Below, piece by piece: positions 25,770 through 34,980 of a stretch of 42,378 nt of DNA. The notes beneath the pieces were generated by a model, which was given only the letters and a program-made list of their open reading frames with translations, had not been told where the DNA came from and ran no database searches. Both the position numbers and the translations under genes were made by a program. Source of the DNA: Bacteroidales bacterium (GTDB lineage: Bacteria > Bacteroidota > Bacteroidia > Bacteroidales > UBA7960); contig SKOK01000122.1 of the NCBI GenBank assembly GCA_007120085.1, positions 1-42,378 of the forward strand. Direction: 5' to 3'. The number at the start of each line of letters is the position of its first letter. The first letter of the stretch is position 1.

Positions 25770-27215
25770 TTAAAAATTTCTAATTGAATACCCCAGCCTG
25801 AGTAAACGCTCCGCTTTTAGCATTTCTCGGAGTTGTGCAACAGGCAGATAGTTGAGAATATCGTTTGCTGCAAACACATCACAACGATGTTGTTTCATGT
25901 AATTTGCCATTTCAGATGCCTTTTCGTAACCAATAACCGGCATTAGGGCAGTTGTGATGGATGGACTGCTTAATAGCTTCTCCAGTGATATCGAAGAGTT
26001 GATCATCAAACCATCAACAAGGTTGTTCTTTAGGCTACTAGTTGCTGCAATCAACAACTTCAGGCTCTCCAGCATGGCGTGTCCAATCATAGGCAGGTAT
26101 GCATTGAGGTCAAGGCATGCACGTCCGCAAAGCGAAGACACGAGCATGTCATTGCTGTAAACTTTATGCGCTACGCTGATCACAAACTCCGGAATCACCG
26201 GGTTGACCTTTCCCGGCATGATGCTACTGCCAATTTGTTTTTGCGGGATGCTTATCTCGCCTTTGCCGGCAATGTCAGAGGCCAGCAACCTGATATCAGA
26301 GGCTATTTTTTCGAGGTTAACAGCGTGCGCCTTCAGGATTGCATGCACTTCTACAAAAGCATCCAGGTTTTGGGTGGCATCAGCCAGGTTTTCACTTCGG
26401 GTCAGGGGTAAATAGGTAAGCTTCTGCAGATGGGACACTGCTTCCATCACAAAATACCTGGGAATGGCCATTCCGCTTCCTGTGGCACCCCCTCCCAGGT
26501 TAACCACCTTAATGCGTTCAAAACATTTTGAAACACGCCACCAGTCGCGCGACAGTGCGTCACTGTAAGCTGAAAAAAGCATGCCCCAGGACGAAGGCAG
26601 GGCTTCCTGCATCTGGGTATAAGCGATCCGCAATGCATTGCGATGGCTGCCCTCCGCTTTTTCAACCGAAGACCTTAACGCATTGATTGCATCTTCAAGC
26701 TTAGTAAGAAGCTGCATCGAGGCGAGTTTGAGCGCAGTTGGTACGACATCATTCGTGCTCTGAAACAGGTTGGCGTGCCTCAATGGATCAACATACTCAT
26801 AATTGCCTGGCAGCTTGCCTGATTTTTGCAAGGCCAAATTGGCCAGTATTTCATTTACATTCATATTGATTGACGTACCGGCACCACCCTGGATTGCTGG
26901 CACTATGAAATACTCATAGTGTTGACCTGCTGATACTTCTGCTGCCGCTTCGGCCAGCTTTTCAAATATGGAAATATCTTCAAGGCCTGCAGGCATCTTT
27001 ATTCCCGGAAGCTGTTTCAATGCAGTTTCACGAAAAGCAATTATCGTGCGATAAGCAGCAAGTTTCACAAGGCCCATTGCACAATACCATTCCTTGTGAA
27101 ACGGTGTTTGATCCGGAAAGTTGAGGTTTGATCGCCAGGCATTTATACCGTAAAGCACGTTGCCAGGAAGTTCTGCTTCACCAATAAAATCCTTTTCTTT
27201 TCTCATAAAACCCAT
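25770..27215 (-). CDS. Aspartase/fumarase superfamily lyase (aspartate ammonia-lyase-like, divergent)
   Basis: 481 aa. Has the signature SS-loop GSSIMPGKVNPVIPE, plus QGGAGTSINMNVNE, FQSTNDVVPTA and YTQMQEALP (Gln as in AspA rather than His as in FumC). The start could be the ATG at 27206. Confidence 0.75.
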   Translation of the reverse strand: MGFMRKEKDFIGEAELPGNVLYGINAWRSNLNFPDQTPFHKEWYCAMGLVKLAAYRTIIAFRETALKQLPGIKMPAGLEDISIFEKLAEAAAEVSAGQHYEYFIVPAIQGGAGTSINMNVNEILANLALQKSGKLPGNYEYVDPLRHANLFQSTNDVVPTALKLASMQLLTKLEDAINALRSSVEKAEGSHRNALRIAYTQMQEALPSSWGMLFSAYSDALSRDWWRVSKCFERIKVVNLGGGATGSGMAIPRYFVMEAVSHLQKLTYLPLTRSENLADATQNLDAFVEVHAILKAHAVNLEKIASDIRLLASDIAGKGEISIPQKQIGSSIMPGKVNPVIPEFVISVAHKVYSNDMLVSSLCGRACLDLNAYLPMIGHAMLESLKLLIAATSSLKNNLVDGLMINSSISLEKLLSSPSITTALMPVIGYEKASEMANYMKQHRCDVFAANDILNYLPVAQLREMLKAERLLRLGYSIRNF

Positions 27216-27528
27216 TCATTGATAATTAAAATAAAGTATCAAATATACACTGTATTTTCTTATGATTATGAGGCATTCAAACCCATCGTGCAATGAGCCT
27301 GAGAAACCGCTTTACAAATTTAACTTATCTAAAAAGTACAATATATTGATTACTTAGATTTTTGGCACTTCCGGGATGTTTTTGACTACGCGGTGCATTG
27401 CAAAAAAAGAAAAACAAAAAAAAACCTTCATTTAATAAACTTTTTTGCATTGTTCTTTGTTTGGTAAACAAATAATTAAAACTCCATCCTAACTAATTCA
27501 TTCATCATTCATCCAAAACTTTTTAAAA

Positions 27529-29757
27529 ATGAACAACAATCTTATCTATTTAATTCCTTTTATTGGTCTGATAGCCATCGCCTTTACAATAGTCCGGGCG
27601 ACGTGGATCAGAAAGCAACCGAAAGGTAACGACAAAATGATACGCATCGCCGGCTACATTTCGGACGGCGCGATGGCCTTCATTAAGGCTGAATACAAAA
27701 TTTTATCCATCTTTGTGATATCCATTGCGGTCCTCCTTGCAATAGCCACCGGGACAGAAACTTCATCTCCTTTGGTGGCTGTTTCATTTATCATGGGTGC
27801 ATTGAGTTCAGGGCTGGCAGGCTTCATTGGTTTGCGCATTGCGACCAAGGCCAATGTACGCACAACCCACGCGGCCAGAACAGGATTAAACCCTGCACTG
27901 AAGATCGCATTTGCCGGTGGTAGTGTGATGGGTCTGGCAGTGGTAGGACTTGGCATACTTGGCCTAAGCATCTTATTTATCATTTATGCGCATTTATTCG
28001 GAACCGAAAGCATTGCAAGTGTAAACAAGGTGCTGACAGTAGTAACCGGCTTTTCATTTGGCGCATCCTCCATCGCACTTTTTGCCAGGGTTGGCGGTGG
28101 GATCTTTACCAAAGCTGCCGACGTTGGTGCTGACCTCGTAGGCAAAGTTGAGTCAGGCATTCCTGAAGACCATCCGCTGAACCCAGCCACGGTTGCCGAC
28201 AATGTGGGCGACAACGTGGGTGATGTAGCAGGTATGGGTGCCGACCTTTTTGAGTCCTATGTTGGCTCGATGATCGCAGCAATGGTGCTTGGTGCAACCT
28301 TCCTTGCGGGCTATGCCGGATTTATGGATGGCGGATATACCGATGCCTTTAAGGGCCTTTCGCCAGTGATACTGCCCATGCTCCTTGCAGCTGCCGGAAT
28401 TATCACATCCATTGTCGGTACTTATTTTGTCCGTGTAAGGGAAGGTGGCAATCCGCAAACAGCACTCAACATTGGTGAACTGGTCTCCTCCGCCATGATG
28501 ATTGTCTTCTCATACATCATCATTACCAACGTACTTCCTAAAAGTATCATTTTCACCGATTTGCTCTATGGCGGTGTCGAAAGGGAGATTACTTCCCTTA
28601 ACGTGTTCTTTTCCTCAGTTATTGGTCTGGTTGCCGGACTGATCATTGGTTATTCCACCGAATTCTTCACCGGCACCAACTATCTGCCTGTAAGAATCAT
28701 TGCGAAACAATCCACATCTGGTTCAGCAACAAATATTATCTCAGGACTTGGCATCGGCATGCTCTCAACGATCATTCCCGTACTGACAATTGCCGCTACC
28801 ATCATGATAGTATTTCATCTTGGTGGGTTGTACGGTATAGCCATCGCTGCCGTCGGGATGCTTTCAAACCTGGGTATTCAGCTTTCTGTAGATGCCTATG
28901 GTCCTGTTTCTGACAATGCAGGTGGTATTGCAGAAATGGCCGAACTTCCACCGGAAGTCAGGGAAAGAACTGATAAGCTGGATGCCGTAGGAAACACCAC
29001 TGCCGCCATCGGAAAAGGTTTTGCCATTGGCTCAGCCGCACTGACTGCCCTTGCATTGTTTGGGGCCTACATGACAGCAGCCAATATCTCCTCAATCGAT
29101 GTTACAAAATCAAATGTGATCGCAGCAGTATTTATCGGGGCATTGATGCCTTATGTATTCTCTGCCCTAACAATCAAAGCGGTTAGTGATGCTGCACGCT
29201 CCATGATTGAAGAAGTAAGGCACCAGTTCAAAACCATTGCCCCGCTCAATAAAGCCTTGGCCGTAATGAAGAAAAATGAAAACATAGCGGTTGACAAATG
29301 GAGCAAGGAAGATGTTGCAGTACTAAACGCTGCTGAAGGTACGCCCGACTATGGGCGCTGTGTGACCATCTCAACGAAGGCTGCCCTGCGCGAGATGATC
29401 TTGCCTGGCATCATCGCAGTTACCATACCTGTTCTTGTTGGTCTGCTGTTGGGTGCAACACCCGAAGCCAGAGCCGAATCACTTGGCGGATTGCTCGCAG
29501 GAGTAACCGTATCGGGTGTTTTGCTAGCAATCCTGCAGTCTAACGCAGGTGGTTCATGGGATAATGCAAAAAAACTCATTGAGAAAGGCCTTACCCACAA
29601 TGGCGAACTCCATGGTAAAGGTTCCGAAGCGCACAAAGCATCAGTTGTTGGTGATACCGTAGGTGACCCACTGAAAGACACCTCCGGCCCCTCTTTGAAT
29701 ATCCTTCTAAAACTCGTTTCCATCGTGGCACTCGTTCTTGCAGGATCTGCGTTCTAA
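27529..29757 (+). CDS. hppA: Membrane-integral ion-translocating pyrophosphatase, K+-dependent type
   Basis: 742 aa and polytopic. Contains [39 protein letters not shown] has Ala, not Lys, after GNTT, which marks K+-dependent enzymes. Na+ versus H+ coupling cannot be assigned by eye. Confidence 0.9.
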   Translation: MNNNLIYLIPFIGLIAIAFTIVRATWIRKQPKGNDKMIRIAGYISDGAMAFIKAEYKILSIFVISIAVLLAIATGTETSSPLVAVSFIMGALSSGLAGFIGLRIATKANVRTTHAARTGLNPALKIAFAGGSVMGLAVVGLGILGLSILFIIYAHLFGTESIASVNKVLTVVTGFSFGASSIALFARVGGGIFTKAADVGADLVGKVESGIPEDHPLNPATVADNVGDNVGDVAGMGADLFESYVGSMIAAMVLGATFLAGYAGFMDGGYTDAFKGLSPVILPMLLAAAGIITSIVGTYFVRVREGGNPQTALNIGELVSSAMMIVFSYIIITNVLPKSIIFTDLLYGGVEREITSLNVFFSSVIGLVAGLIIGYSTEFFTGTNYLPVRIIAKQSTSGSATNIISGLGIGMLSTIIPVLTIAATIMIVFHLGGLYGIAIAAVGMLSNLGIQLSVDAYGPVSDNAGGIAEMAELPPEVRERTDKLDAVGNTTAAIGKGFAIGSAALTALALFGAYMTAANISSIDVTKSNVIAAVFIGALMPYVFSALTIKAVSDAARSMIEEVRHQFKTIAPLNKALAVMKKNENIAVDKWSKEDVAVLNAAEGTPDYGRCVTISTKAALREMILPGIIAVTIPVLVGLLLGATPEARAESLGGLLAGVTVSGVLLAILQSNAGGSWDNAKKLIEKGLTHNGELHGKGSEAHKASVVGDTVGDPLKDTSGPSLNILLKLVSIVALVLAGSAF

Positions 29758-29786
29758 TCGATAAAATCATAACCAAAACAACCTAT

Positions 29787-29820
29787 AAAAGGCTGTCTCT
29801 GTTTTGAGGCAGCCTTTTTT
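29787..29820 (+). terminator. Intrinsic terminator of hppA
   Basis: A 9-bp stem, ggctgtctc (29791-29799) with gaggcagcc (29806-29814), includes one G-T pair. The loop is tgtttt. It is followed by T6 (29815-29820) and preceded by A4. Confidence 0.8.
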
Positions 29821-29832
29821 AGGTCAAAAACT

Positions 29833-29840
29833 TATCTTTG
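29833..29840 (+). promoter_or_regulatory. Candidate -7 box TAtcTTTG between the hppA terminator and the tandem array
   Basis: Matches TAnnTTTG. If used, the tandem array would be transcribed as the 5' leader of the dus-family gene. Motif match only. Confidence 0.35.
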
Positions 29841-29854
29841 CGAAAAAAACACCA

Positions 29855-30040
29855 ATGACAATGACAATGACCAATGACAAGGCAAGGCCCATAATGACAA
29901 GGCGAAGCCCAAATGACAGGGCGAAGCCCATAATGACAGGGCAAAGCCCAAATGACAGGACGAAGCCCAAATGACAGGGCGAAGCCCAAATGACAGGTCG
30001 AAGCCCAAATGACAGGGCGAAGCCCATAATGACCAATGAT
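29855..30040 (+). repeat. Tandem array: three short ATGAC(A/C) words, then 8 units of 19-20 nt ATGACAGGGCGAAGCCCA(A/TA), ending in the dus start region
   Basis: Full units start at 29874, 29894, 29913, 29933, 29952, 29971, 29990 and 30009. The spacings are 20, 19, 20, 19, 19, 19 and 19 nt. Four units carry exact GGGCGAAGCCC and four carry one-off variants. Confidence 0.9.
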
Positions 30041-31042
30041 ATGCATACAAAACCTGCGCTGCTGATGGCGCCCTTCAGGGGGATTACCCATAAATCGTGG
30101 CGAAATGCTTTTGCCAGACACATTGGTGGCTTTGATGAAATGTTTGCGCCATTCATTAGCGGTGCAGGTGTTACAAAGATCCATCCTGATAAGCTGGTTG
30201 ATGTAGTGCCCTTGAATGACAACCTCATACCAACGGTGCCACAGATTATCGGCATTGACGCTGATGAGATCATCCTGCTGGGCACCACACTGGCAGATCT
30301 CGGTTTTGAGGAGCTGAACTGGAATCTGGGCTGTCCGTTTGCGCGAATCGCCAACAAAAAAAGAGGCTGCGGATTGCTTCCATACCCGGAGATCCTCAAT
30401 GAAATCCTGGACAAGGTATTCGGGAGTGTTAAAATTAATCTTTCCATAAAAACACGTCTTGGATATCATGTGCCGGATGAAATATTATCTGTTATACCCA
30501 TTCTAAACCAATACCCGGTTCACCGGGTCATCCTCCACCCGCGTACCGGCAAACAAGGATACCGTGGAAAGGCCAACCCGGAAGGCTATGGCAGGGCCTT
30601 ACAACTCATAAACCATCCACTCATCTATAATGGAGATATATACAACCTAAGCCAGTTCAGGAAATTACAAATGCTGTTCCCCGGGCAAAAATCCTGGATG
30701 TTGGGTCGTGGAGCACTGATCAACCCCTTTCTTCCAAAAGAGATTAAGGGCTTTGTACTTACTGATGAAGAAAAACGCAAACCAATGATCTCTTTCCATT
30801 TTGAGCTGTGGCACAGGGCCTGGGAAACACAAAAACACGAAAGCCGCACATTGGGTGCCATGAAGGCGATCTGGCACTACATGGCCGGAACGTTTGCCAA
30901 CGGCAGGGAAGTGTTTAGGCGAATCAAAAGGGCAAAAAATCGCGAAACATACCTGGATGCCGTTGACTTCGCCATGGAACAGGAGTTCGCAGGTGAAGCA
31001 GATCTGGAAAAATACTTCTTTCAACTTACCAAAGTTGGTTAA
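30041..31042 (+). CDS. tRNA-dihydrouridine synthase family protein
   Basis: LLMAPFRGITHKSWRN and LNWNLGCPF (catalytic Cys context) indicate a TIM-barrel Dus-like protein. The ORF-track start at 29990 translates the repeat array. I use the ATG at 30041 (MHTKPALL); the ATG at 30029 is also possible. Confidence 0.75.
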   Translation: MHTKPALLMAPFRGITHKSWRNAFARHIGGFDEMFAPFISGAGVTKIHPDKLVDVVPLNDNLIPTVPQIIGIDADEIILLGTTLADLGFEELNWNLGCPFARIANKKRGCGLLPYPEILNEILDKVFGSVKINLSIKTRLGYHVPDEILSVIPILNQYPVHRVILHPRTGKQGYRGKANPEGYGRALQLINHPLIYNGDIYNLSQFRKLQMLFPGQKSWMLGRGALINPFLPKEIKGFVLTDEEKRKPMISFHFELWHRAWETQKHESRTLGAMKAIWHYMAGTFANGREVFRRIKRAKNRETYLDAVDFAMEQEFAGEADLEKYFFQLTKVG

Positions 31043-31174
31043 CTGATTTAAAAGAAATAATTTTCCCGTTTCTTGTCTATCTGAAAAAAATCACCTTATT
31101 TTACAGCCAATTTGTTGGCTGTTGGCTTTAAGGAATCAGCAGTCAGAAACCAGGAATTAGCAATTAACAACCAA

Positions 31175-32650
31175 ATGACATACTCCACCAGGCGCCCAAG
31201 GCTTATCGAAGCCCTTATCCCCGTCATATTTCTCACCGTATTGATTTCCATCAATGTGTTTATTTTTGGGGATGATGCTTTGGGTGGTTCCAATCAAATG
31301 GTGCTGATACTCTCGGCGGCCCTTGCTGCCATTGTAGCCATAAGGCTGGGTCACAAGTATGAAACACTGCACAAAGGCATCGTAAATGCCATTGGCTCAG
31401 CGATGTCAGCCATTCTTATACTGTTGCTGATTGGCGCACTGGCAGGTACCTGGTTGCTGAGCGGCATTGTTCCGTCGATGATCTATTACGGGTTACAAAT
31501 ACTAAACCCAACCATTTTCCTGGTAGCTGCATGCATTGTGAGTGCCATCGTATCACTGGCCACAGGCAGTAGCTGGAGCACAGTCGCTACACTTGGTGTG
31601 GCCTTGCTTGGCATCGGCCGCACACTGGGCATCCCGGAGGGAATTATTGGTGGTGCCATCATTTCAGGAGCCTACTTTGGCGATAAGATGTCGCCGCTAT
31701 CCGACACCACCAACCTGGCCCCGGCCATGGCCGGAACCGACCTGTTCACACACATTCGCTATATGGCATGGACAACAGTGCCGTCCATCAGCATAGCCCT
31801 CATAATCTTCATGCTGATAGGCTTATTCCGTTCACAGGATGGCACCATCAACGATATTGAGCCAGTTTTGGCAGCAATTGATGGTACGTTTAAGGTAACA
31901 CCCTGGCTTTTCCTTGTACCCGCCCTAGTCATCACCCTCATTGTCAGAAAAGTACCTGCCCTGCCTGCCCTGCTTGCCGGCACCCTGGCAGGAGCTGCCT
32001 TTGCACTTGTCTTCCAGCCGCACATCATCGAACATGTAAGCGGCATCGACGACAACTTTGCAGTTGCTGCTTACGTTGCAATCATGCAATCCATGTACAC
32101 TGACATCTCTGTCACCACAGATCATTCCATGGTGAACAGCCTGCTTGAGACCGGCGGCATGAGCGGCATGCTCAATACCGTGTGGCTCATCATCTGTGCG
32201 ATGATATTCGGGGGCATCATGGAGTCAAGCGGACTGTTGCGCCGCATTACGGAATCGGTGATCAAGCTGGCTCACAACACAGGCTCACTTGTAGCATCAA
32301 CGGCAGGTACATGCATCTTCTTCAATATAACTGCCAGCGACCAGTACCTGGCCATTGTAGTACCCGGCCGCATGTTTGCCGACACATACAGGGAACGCGG
32401 TTTAAGTCCGCAAAACCTCAGCCGCACACTCGAAGACAGCGGAACCGTAACATCCGTCCTCGTGCCCTGGAACACCTGCGGCGCCACGCAAGCAAGCGTA
32501 CTCGGCGTGCCAACGCTCACCTTCCTGCCTTACGCCTTCTTCAACCTCATCAGCCCCTTCATGACCGTGCTGTTTGCCTATCTTAACATTCGGATCTCGC
32601 GAATAGGAAAAAACAAAGAGGAGGATAACACAGTTGATCAAGAAGAGTAA
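31175..32650 (+). CDS. nhaC: Na+/H+ antiporter NhaC family
   Basis: About 490 aa and polytopic. MTYSTRRPRLIEALIPVIFLTVLISINVFIFGDDALGGSNQ is a typical NhaC N-terminus. The ORF-track start is a TTG at 31112; the ATG at 31175 is preferred. Confidence 0.82.
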   Translation: MTYSTRRPRLIEALIPVIFLTVLISINVFIFGDDALGGSNQMVLILSAALAAIVAIRLGHKYETLHKGIVNAIGSAMSAILILLLIGALAGTWLLSGIVPSMIYYGLQILNPTIFLVAACIVSAIVSLATGSSWSTVATLGVALLGIGRTLGIPEGIIGGAIISGAYFGDKMSPLSDTTNLAPAMAGTDLFTHIRYMAWTTVPSISIALIIFMLIGLFRSQDGTINDIEPVLAAIDGTFKVTPWLFLVPALVITLIVRKVPALPALLAGTLAGAAFALVFQPHIIEHVSGIDDNFAVAAYVAIMQSMYTDISVTTDHSMVNSLLETGGMSGMLNTVWLIICAMIFGGIMESSGLLRRITESVIKLAHNTGSLVASTAGTCIFFNITASDQYLAIVVPGRMFADTYRERGLSPQNLSRTLEDSGTVTSVLVPWNTCGATQASVLGVPTLTFLPYAFFNLISPFMTVLFAYLNIRISRIGKNKEEDNTVDQEE

Positions 32651-32697
32651 AAACAGGGTCATTATGCCAGCCTGTGTGAGGCATGCTTACATTGATC

Positions 32698-33819
32698 TTA
32701 CATGCGATCATAAATCTCAATCAACTTCTTTTCTTCATTTTCCCAGCAAAGCTCTTTGGCGGCTTCCAGGCAGTTTTCTTGCCATTGCTTAAATCGGACG
32801 CGATCATCGAGCATGGCCTGAATGCTCTTTGCAATATGGGCAGGCTCGTGGCTTTCAATAAGAAAACCGGTATTGTATTTTTTTATGATCGCGGCAACTT
32901 CCGGAAGGTTTGAAGCCAGTTGCGGCGTGCCAGCCATGATATAATCGAACAGCTTGTTAGGCAAACTGTAACGGTAATTCAGGTTGGTGTCCTTATCAAG
33001 GGAAACGCCGATTGTGGCGTACCGCGTATATTCATAAAGAAGGTCGTGTACCATTCGGTCAAAAAACTGAACACACCCTGAAAGCCCTTGCTGCCCGGCC
33101 ATCTCTTTGAGCTTCGGCAACACATCCCCCGATCCAATGATCACCAGCAAAACATTTTTAAGTCCAAATTGTGGCATCATGGCCAGCAGCAGTTCTTCAG
33201 CTCCGCGATCAACGTTAATCCCCGAGCCTTGCAGCAAAATGATATCCTTGCCGGGAGGAAGGCTCAGTTCGTCTGCAGGCAAACAGGCTCCAGGCTTCCT
33301 GTAAGGTGGGATGTTGCGGATCACTGCAATCTTTTTGCCGTATTCCTTTTCATATAGAGATGCGATAGATTGATTGACCGTGATGATGGTTTTTTGCCTT
33401 GGAAACAGCAATTGCTCAAGTTTTTTCCAGAAACGAAACACGGCTGGCCGGCTTACAATCTCAGGGCCGCCGCAGAAATATTCGTGGCTGTCATAAATGA
33501 GTGGCTTCTTTTTAAGAAAAGCGGTGAGATGACATGCCAGTAAAGTGTCGAGGTCATTGCTCACGAGTAAGTTAAACCTGCTGAACAACAATACGAAGAA
33601 CAATTTAAGGTTGTATTCTGCGTAAAACAGGAACTTCTTATGAAAAAGCAAAGGGATCCTCTTTATTGAAGCATACGACGGCGCAAATGGTTTGCTGCAA
33701 GGGCGTTTTACTCCAATGATCGTTACCCCATAACCCAGTTTATTTAGGGTTCGGGCGGCCTTGTTCACACGCTGATCTGTATGAATGTCATTCGTGACTG
33801 CTAAGATGGCCTGTTTCAT
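32698..33819 (-). CDS. Glycosyltransferase, GT4-like (GT-B fold)
   Basis: [25 protein letters not shown]... with C-terminal PNKLFDYIMAGTPQLASNLPEVAAIIKKYNTGFLIE. The ORF-track start is a GTG at 33885. The ATG at 33819 still overlaps the ftsE 3' end by 32 nt. Confidence 0.7.
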   Translation of the reverse strand: MKQAILAVTNDIHTDQRVNKAARTLNKLGYGVTIIGVKRPCSKPFAPSYASIKRIPLLFHKKFLFYAEYNLKLFFVLLFSRFNLLVSNDLDTLLACHLTAFLKKKPLIYDSHEYFCGGPEIVSRPAVFRFWKKLEQLLFPRQKTIITVNQSIASLYEKEYGKKIAVIRNIPPYRKPGACLPADELSLPPGKDIILLQGSGINVDRGAEELLLAMMPQFGLKNVLLVIIGSGDVLPKLKEMAGQQGLSGCVQFFDRMVHDLLYEYTRYATIGVSLDKDTNLNYRYSLPNKLFDYIMAGTPQLASNLPEVAAIIKKYNTGFLIESHEPAHIAKSIQAMLDDRVRFKQWQENCLEAAKELCWENEEKKLIEIYDRM

Positions 33820-34528
33820 TGATACTTGTGTCTGCTGCAGCAGAATCAACTTCTTGCGGAAGCTCTGACAACCTGCCACCTTCACATTTAAAAATCCGGG
33901 CTGGAAACTTCCTGAACAAGCTGTAATCGTGCGTAGCCATCAAAACGGCCCTGCCTGTGGTACTGATGTCAAACATCAGCTCCATGATGCCTTCGCTGGT
34001 TTCCGGGTCAAGGTTGCCGGTTGGTTCATCAGCCAGGATGATGTCCGGATCATTGATCAGGGCACGGGCGATCACTACCCGCTGTTGCTCGCCACCAGAC
34101 AGCTGATGGGGCATCTTAAAGCCCTTGGTCTGCAGGCCGACTTTCTCAAGCACATCTTCCATGCGCTCCTCCATCGCAAGCTTGTCGCGCCAGCCGGTAG
34201 CCCTCATTACGAAAAAGATGTTTTCCTTTACGGATCTGTCATTCAGAAGCTGAAAATCCTGGAATACAATGCCGATCTTGCGTCGCAAAAAAGGTATTTC
34301 CTTGTCCTTGATACCCAAAAGCTCAGTGCCGGCAACCCTCCCAAAGCCATCCACCATGGGCAAGTCAGCATATAAGATTTTTAAAAGGCTGCTCTTCCCT
34401 GATCCTGTCCGGCCGATCAAATAGCAGAACTGTCCGCGTTCAATCTGCAGGCTAACATCCGAAAGCACCAGGATGTTTTTCTGAAAAACAGAAACATTCT
34501 GTAATTCGATGATGGTGTCAAAAGCCAT
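33788..34528 (-). CDS. ftsE: Cell division ATP-binding protein FtsE
   Basis: 246 aa. Has Walker [10 protein letters not shown], the signature LSGGEQQR and Walker [12 protein letters not shown]. The N-terminal region is FtsE-like. Confidence 0.82.
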   Translation of the reverse strand: MAFDTIIELQNVSVFQKNILVLSDVSLQIERGQFCYLIGRTGSGKSSLLKILYADLPMVDGFGRVAGTELLGIKDKEIPFLRRKIGIVFQDFQLLNDRSVKENIFFVMRATGWRDKLAMEERMEDVLEKVGLQTKGFKMPHQLSGGEQQRVVIARALINDPDIILADEPTGNLDPETSEGIMELMFDISTTGRAVLMATHDYSLFRKFPARIFKCEGGRLSELPQEVDSAAADTSINETGHLSSHE

Positions 34529-34542
34529 AATAAAAAAAGTTG

Positions 34543-34641
34543 TTAGTCATCGTAATGAAACCTGCATTTCGCAATCAATATTTCATTTTGCCTGACTTTG
34601 TATAAATCTTCCCACGATTCCTCAACAAAAAGATATTTCAT
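34543..34641 (-). pseudogene. yoeB: YoeB/Txe-family toxin remnant (in-frame internal deletion, 32 codons left)
   Basis: Hand translation from an ATG overlapping the antitoxin stop (ATGA) gives MKYLFVEESWEDLYKVRQNEILIAKCRFHYDD, then a stop. This is the YoeB N-terminus (MKLIWSEESWDDYLYWQ) joined directly to the YoeB C-terminus (LLIAACRYHY). About 50 central residues are missing. Confidence 0.7.
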
Positions 34642-34892
34642 TGCTCAATAAGATCTTTGCTAAAACTATTACCTTGGTTCAACTTTTCAATGGCTGCATC
34701 AAGTCTTTGCTCGTTTTTCAGGGAAGACAGCTCATGTCTTGTTGCTTCCAGCGAAACATATTCTTCCAGAGACATTATCACAAGCCCACTACCCTTCCCC
34801 CGTTTGATAATCAAGGTATCAAAGTTTTCCGCTTCACTGTCCAGGTATTTCTTACTATTACTCCTGAAATCAGAAATTGTTGTCGTTTGCAT
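34638..34892 (-). CDS. Phd/YefM family antitoxin (intact)
   Basis: 84 aa. MQTTTISDFRSNSKKYLDSEAENFDTLIIKRGKGSGLVIMSLEEYVSLEATRHE is a typical Phd/YefM N-domain. Confidence 0.82.
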   Translation of the reverse strand: MQTTTISDFRSNSKKYLDSEAENFDTLIIKRGKGSGLVIMSLEEYVSLEATRHELSSLKNEQRLDAAIEKLNQGNSFSKDLIEQ

Positions 34893-34980
34893 AGCTATTA
34901 TTTTTGTACACCTATATGTACTAAAATAATAATTCTTTATTCAGAAACTATAATAAGCAGAAAACCCCCACTCCCGGGAT

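Noticed and set aside
27216-27528. 313-nt AT-rich divergent spacer upstream of hppA, checked for a riboswitch or small RNA
   Set aside because: Only weak A/T stems are present (tgcaaaaaag / cttttttgca; tttgttt-ggt-aaacaaa). I recognised no conserved riboswitch core.
29855-30040. Possible CRISPR array
   Set aside because: The period is only 19-20 nt and the units abut each other with no unique spacers. No cas genes or leader are present.
29819-30469. Minus-strand ORFs of 216, 207 and 72 aa with striking internal repeats (GLRPVIWASPCH...)
   Set aside because: The repeats are simply the tandem 19-20 nt array translated in shifting frames. The remainder is antisense to the well-supported dus-family gene.
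31103-31122. 8-bp stem hairpin acagccaa-tttg-ttggctgt downstream of the dus-family gene
   Set aside because: It could be a weak terminator or part of the nhaC leader, but it has no U-tract. The evidence is insufficient to call it either way.
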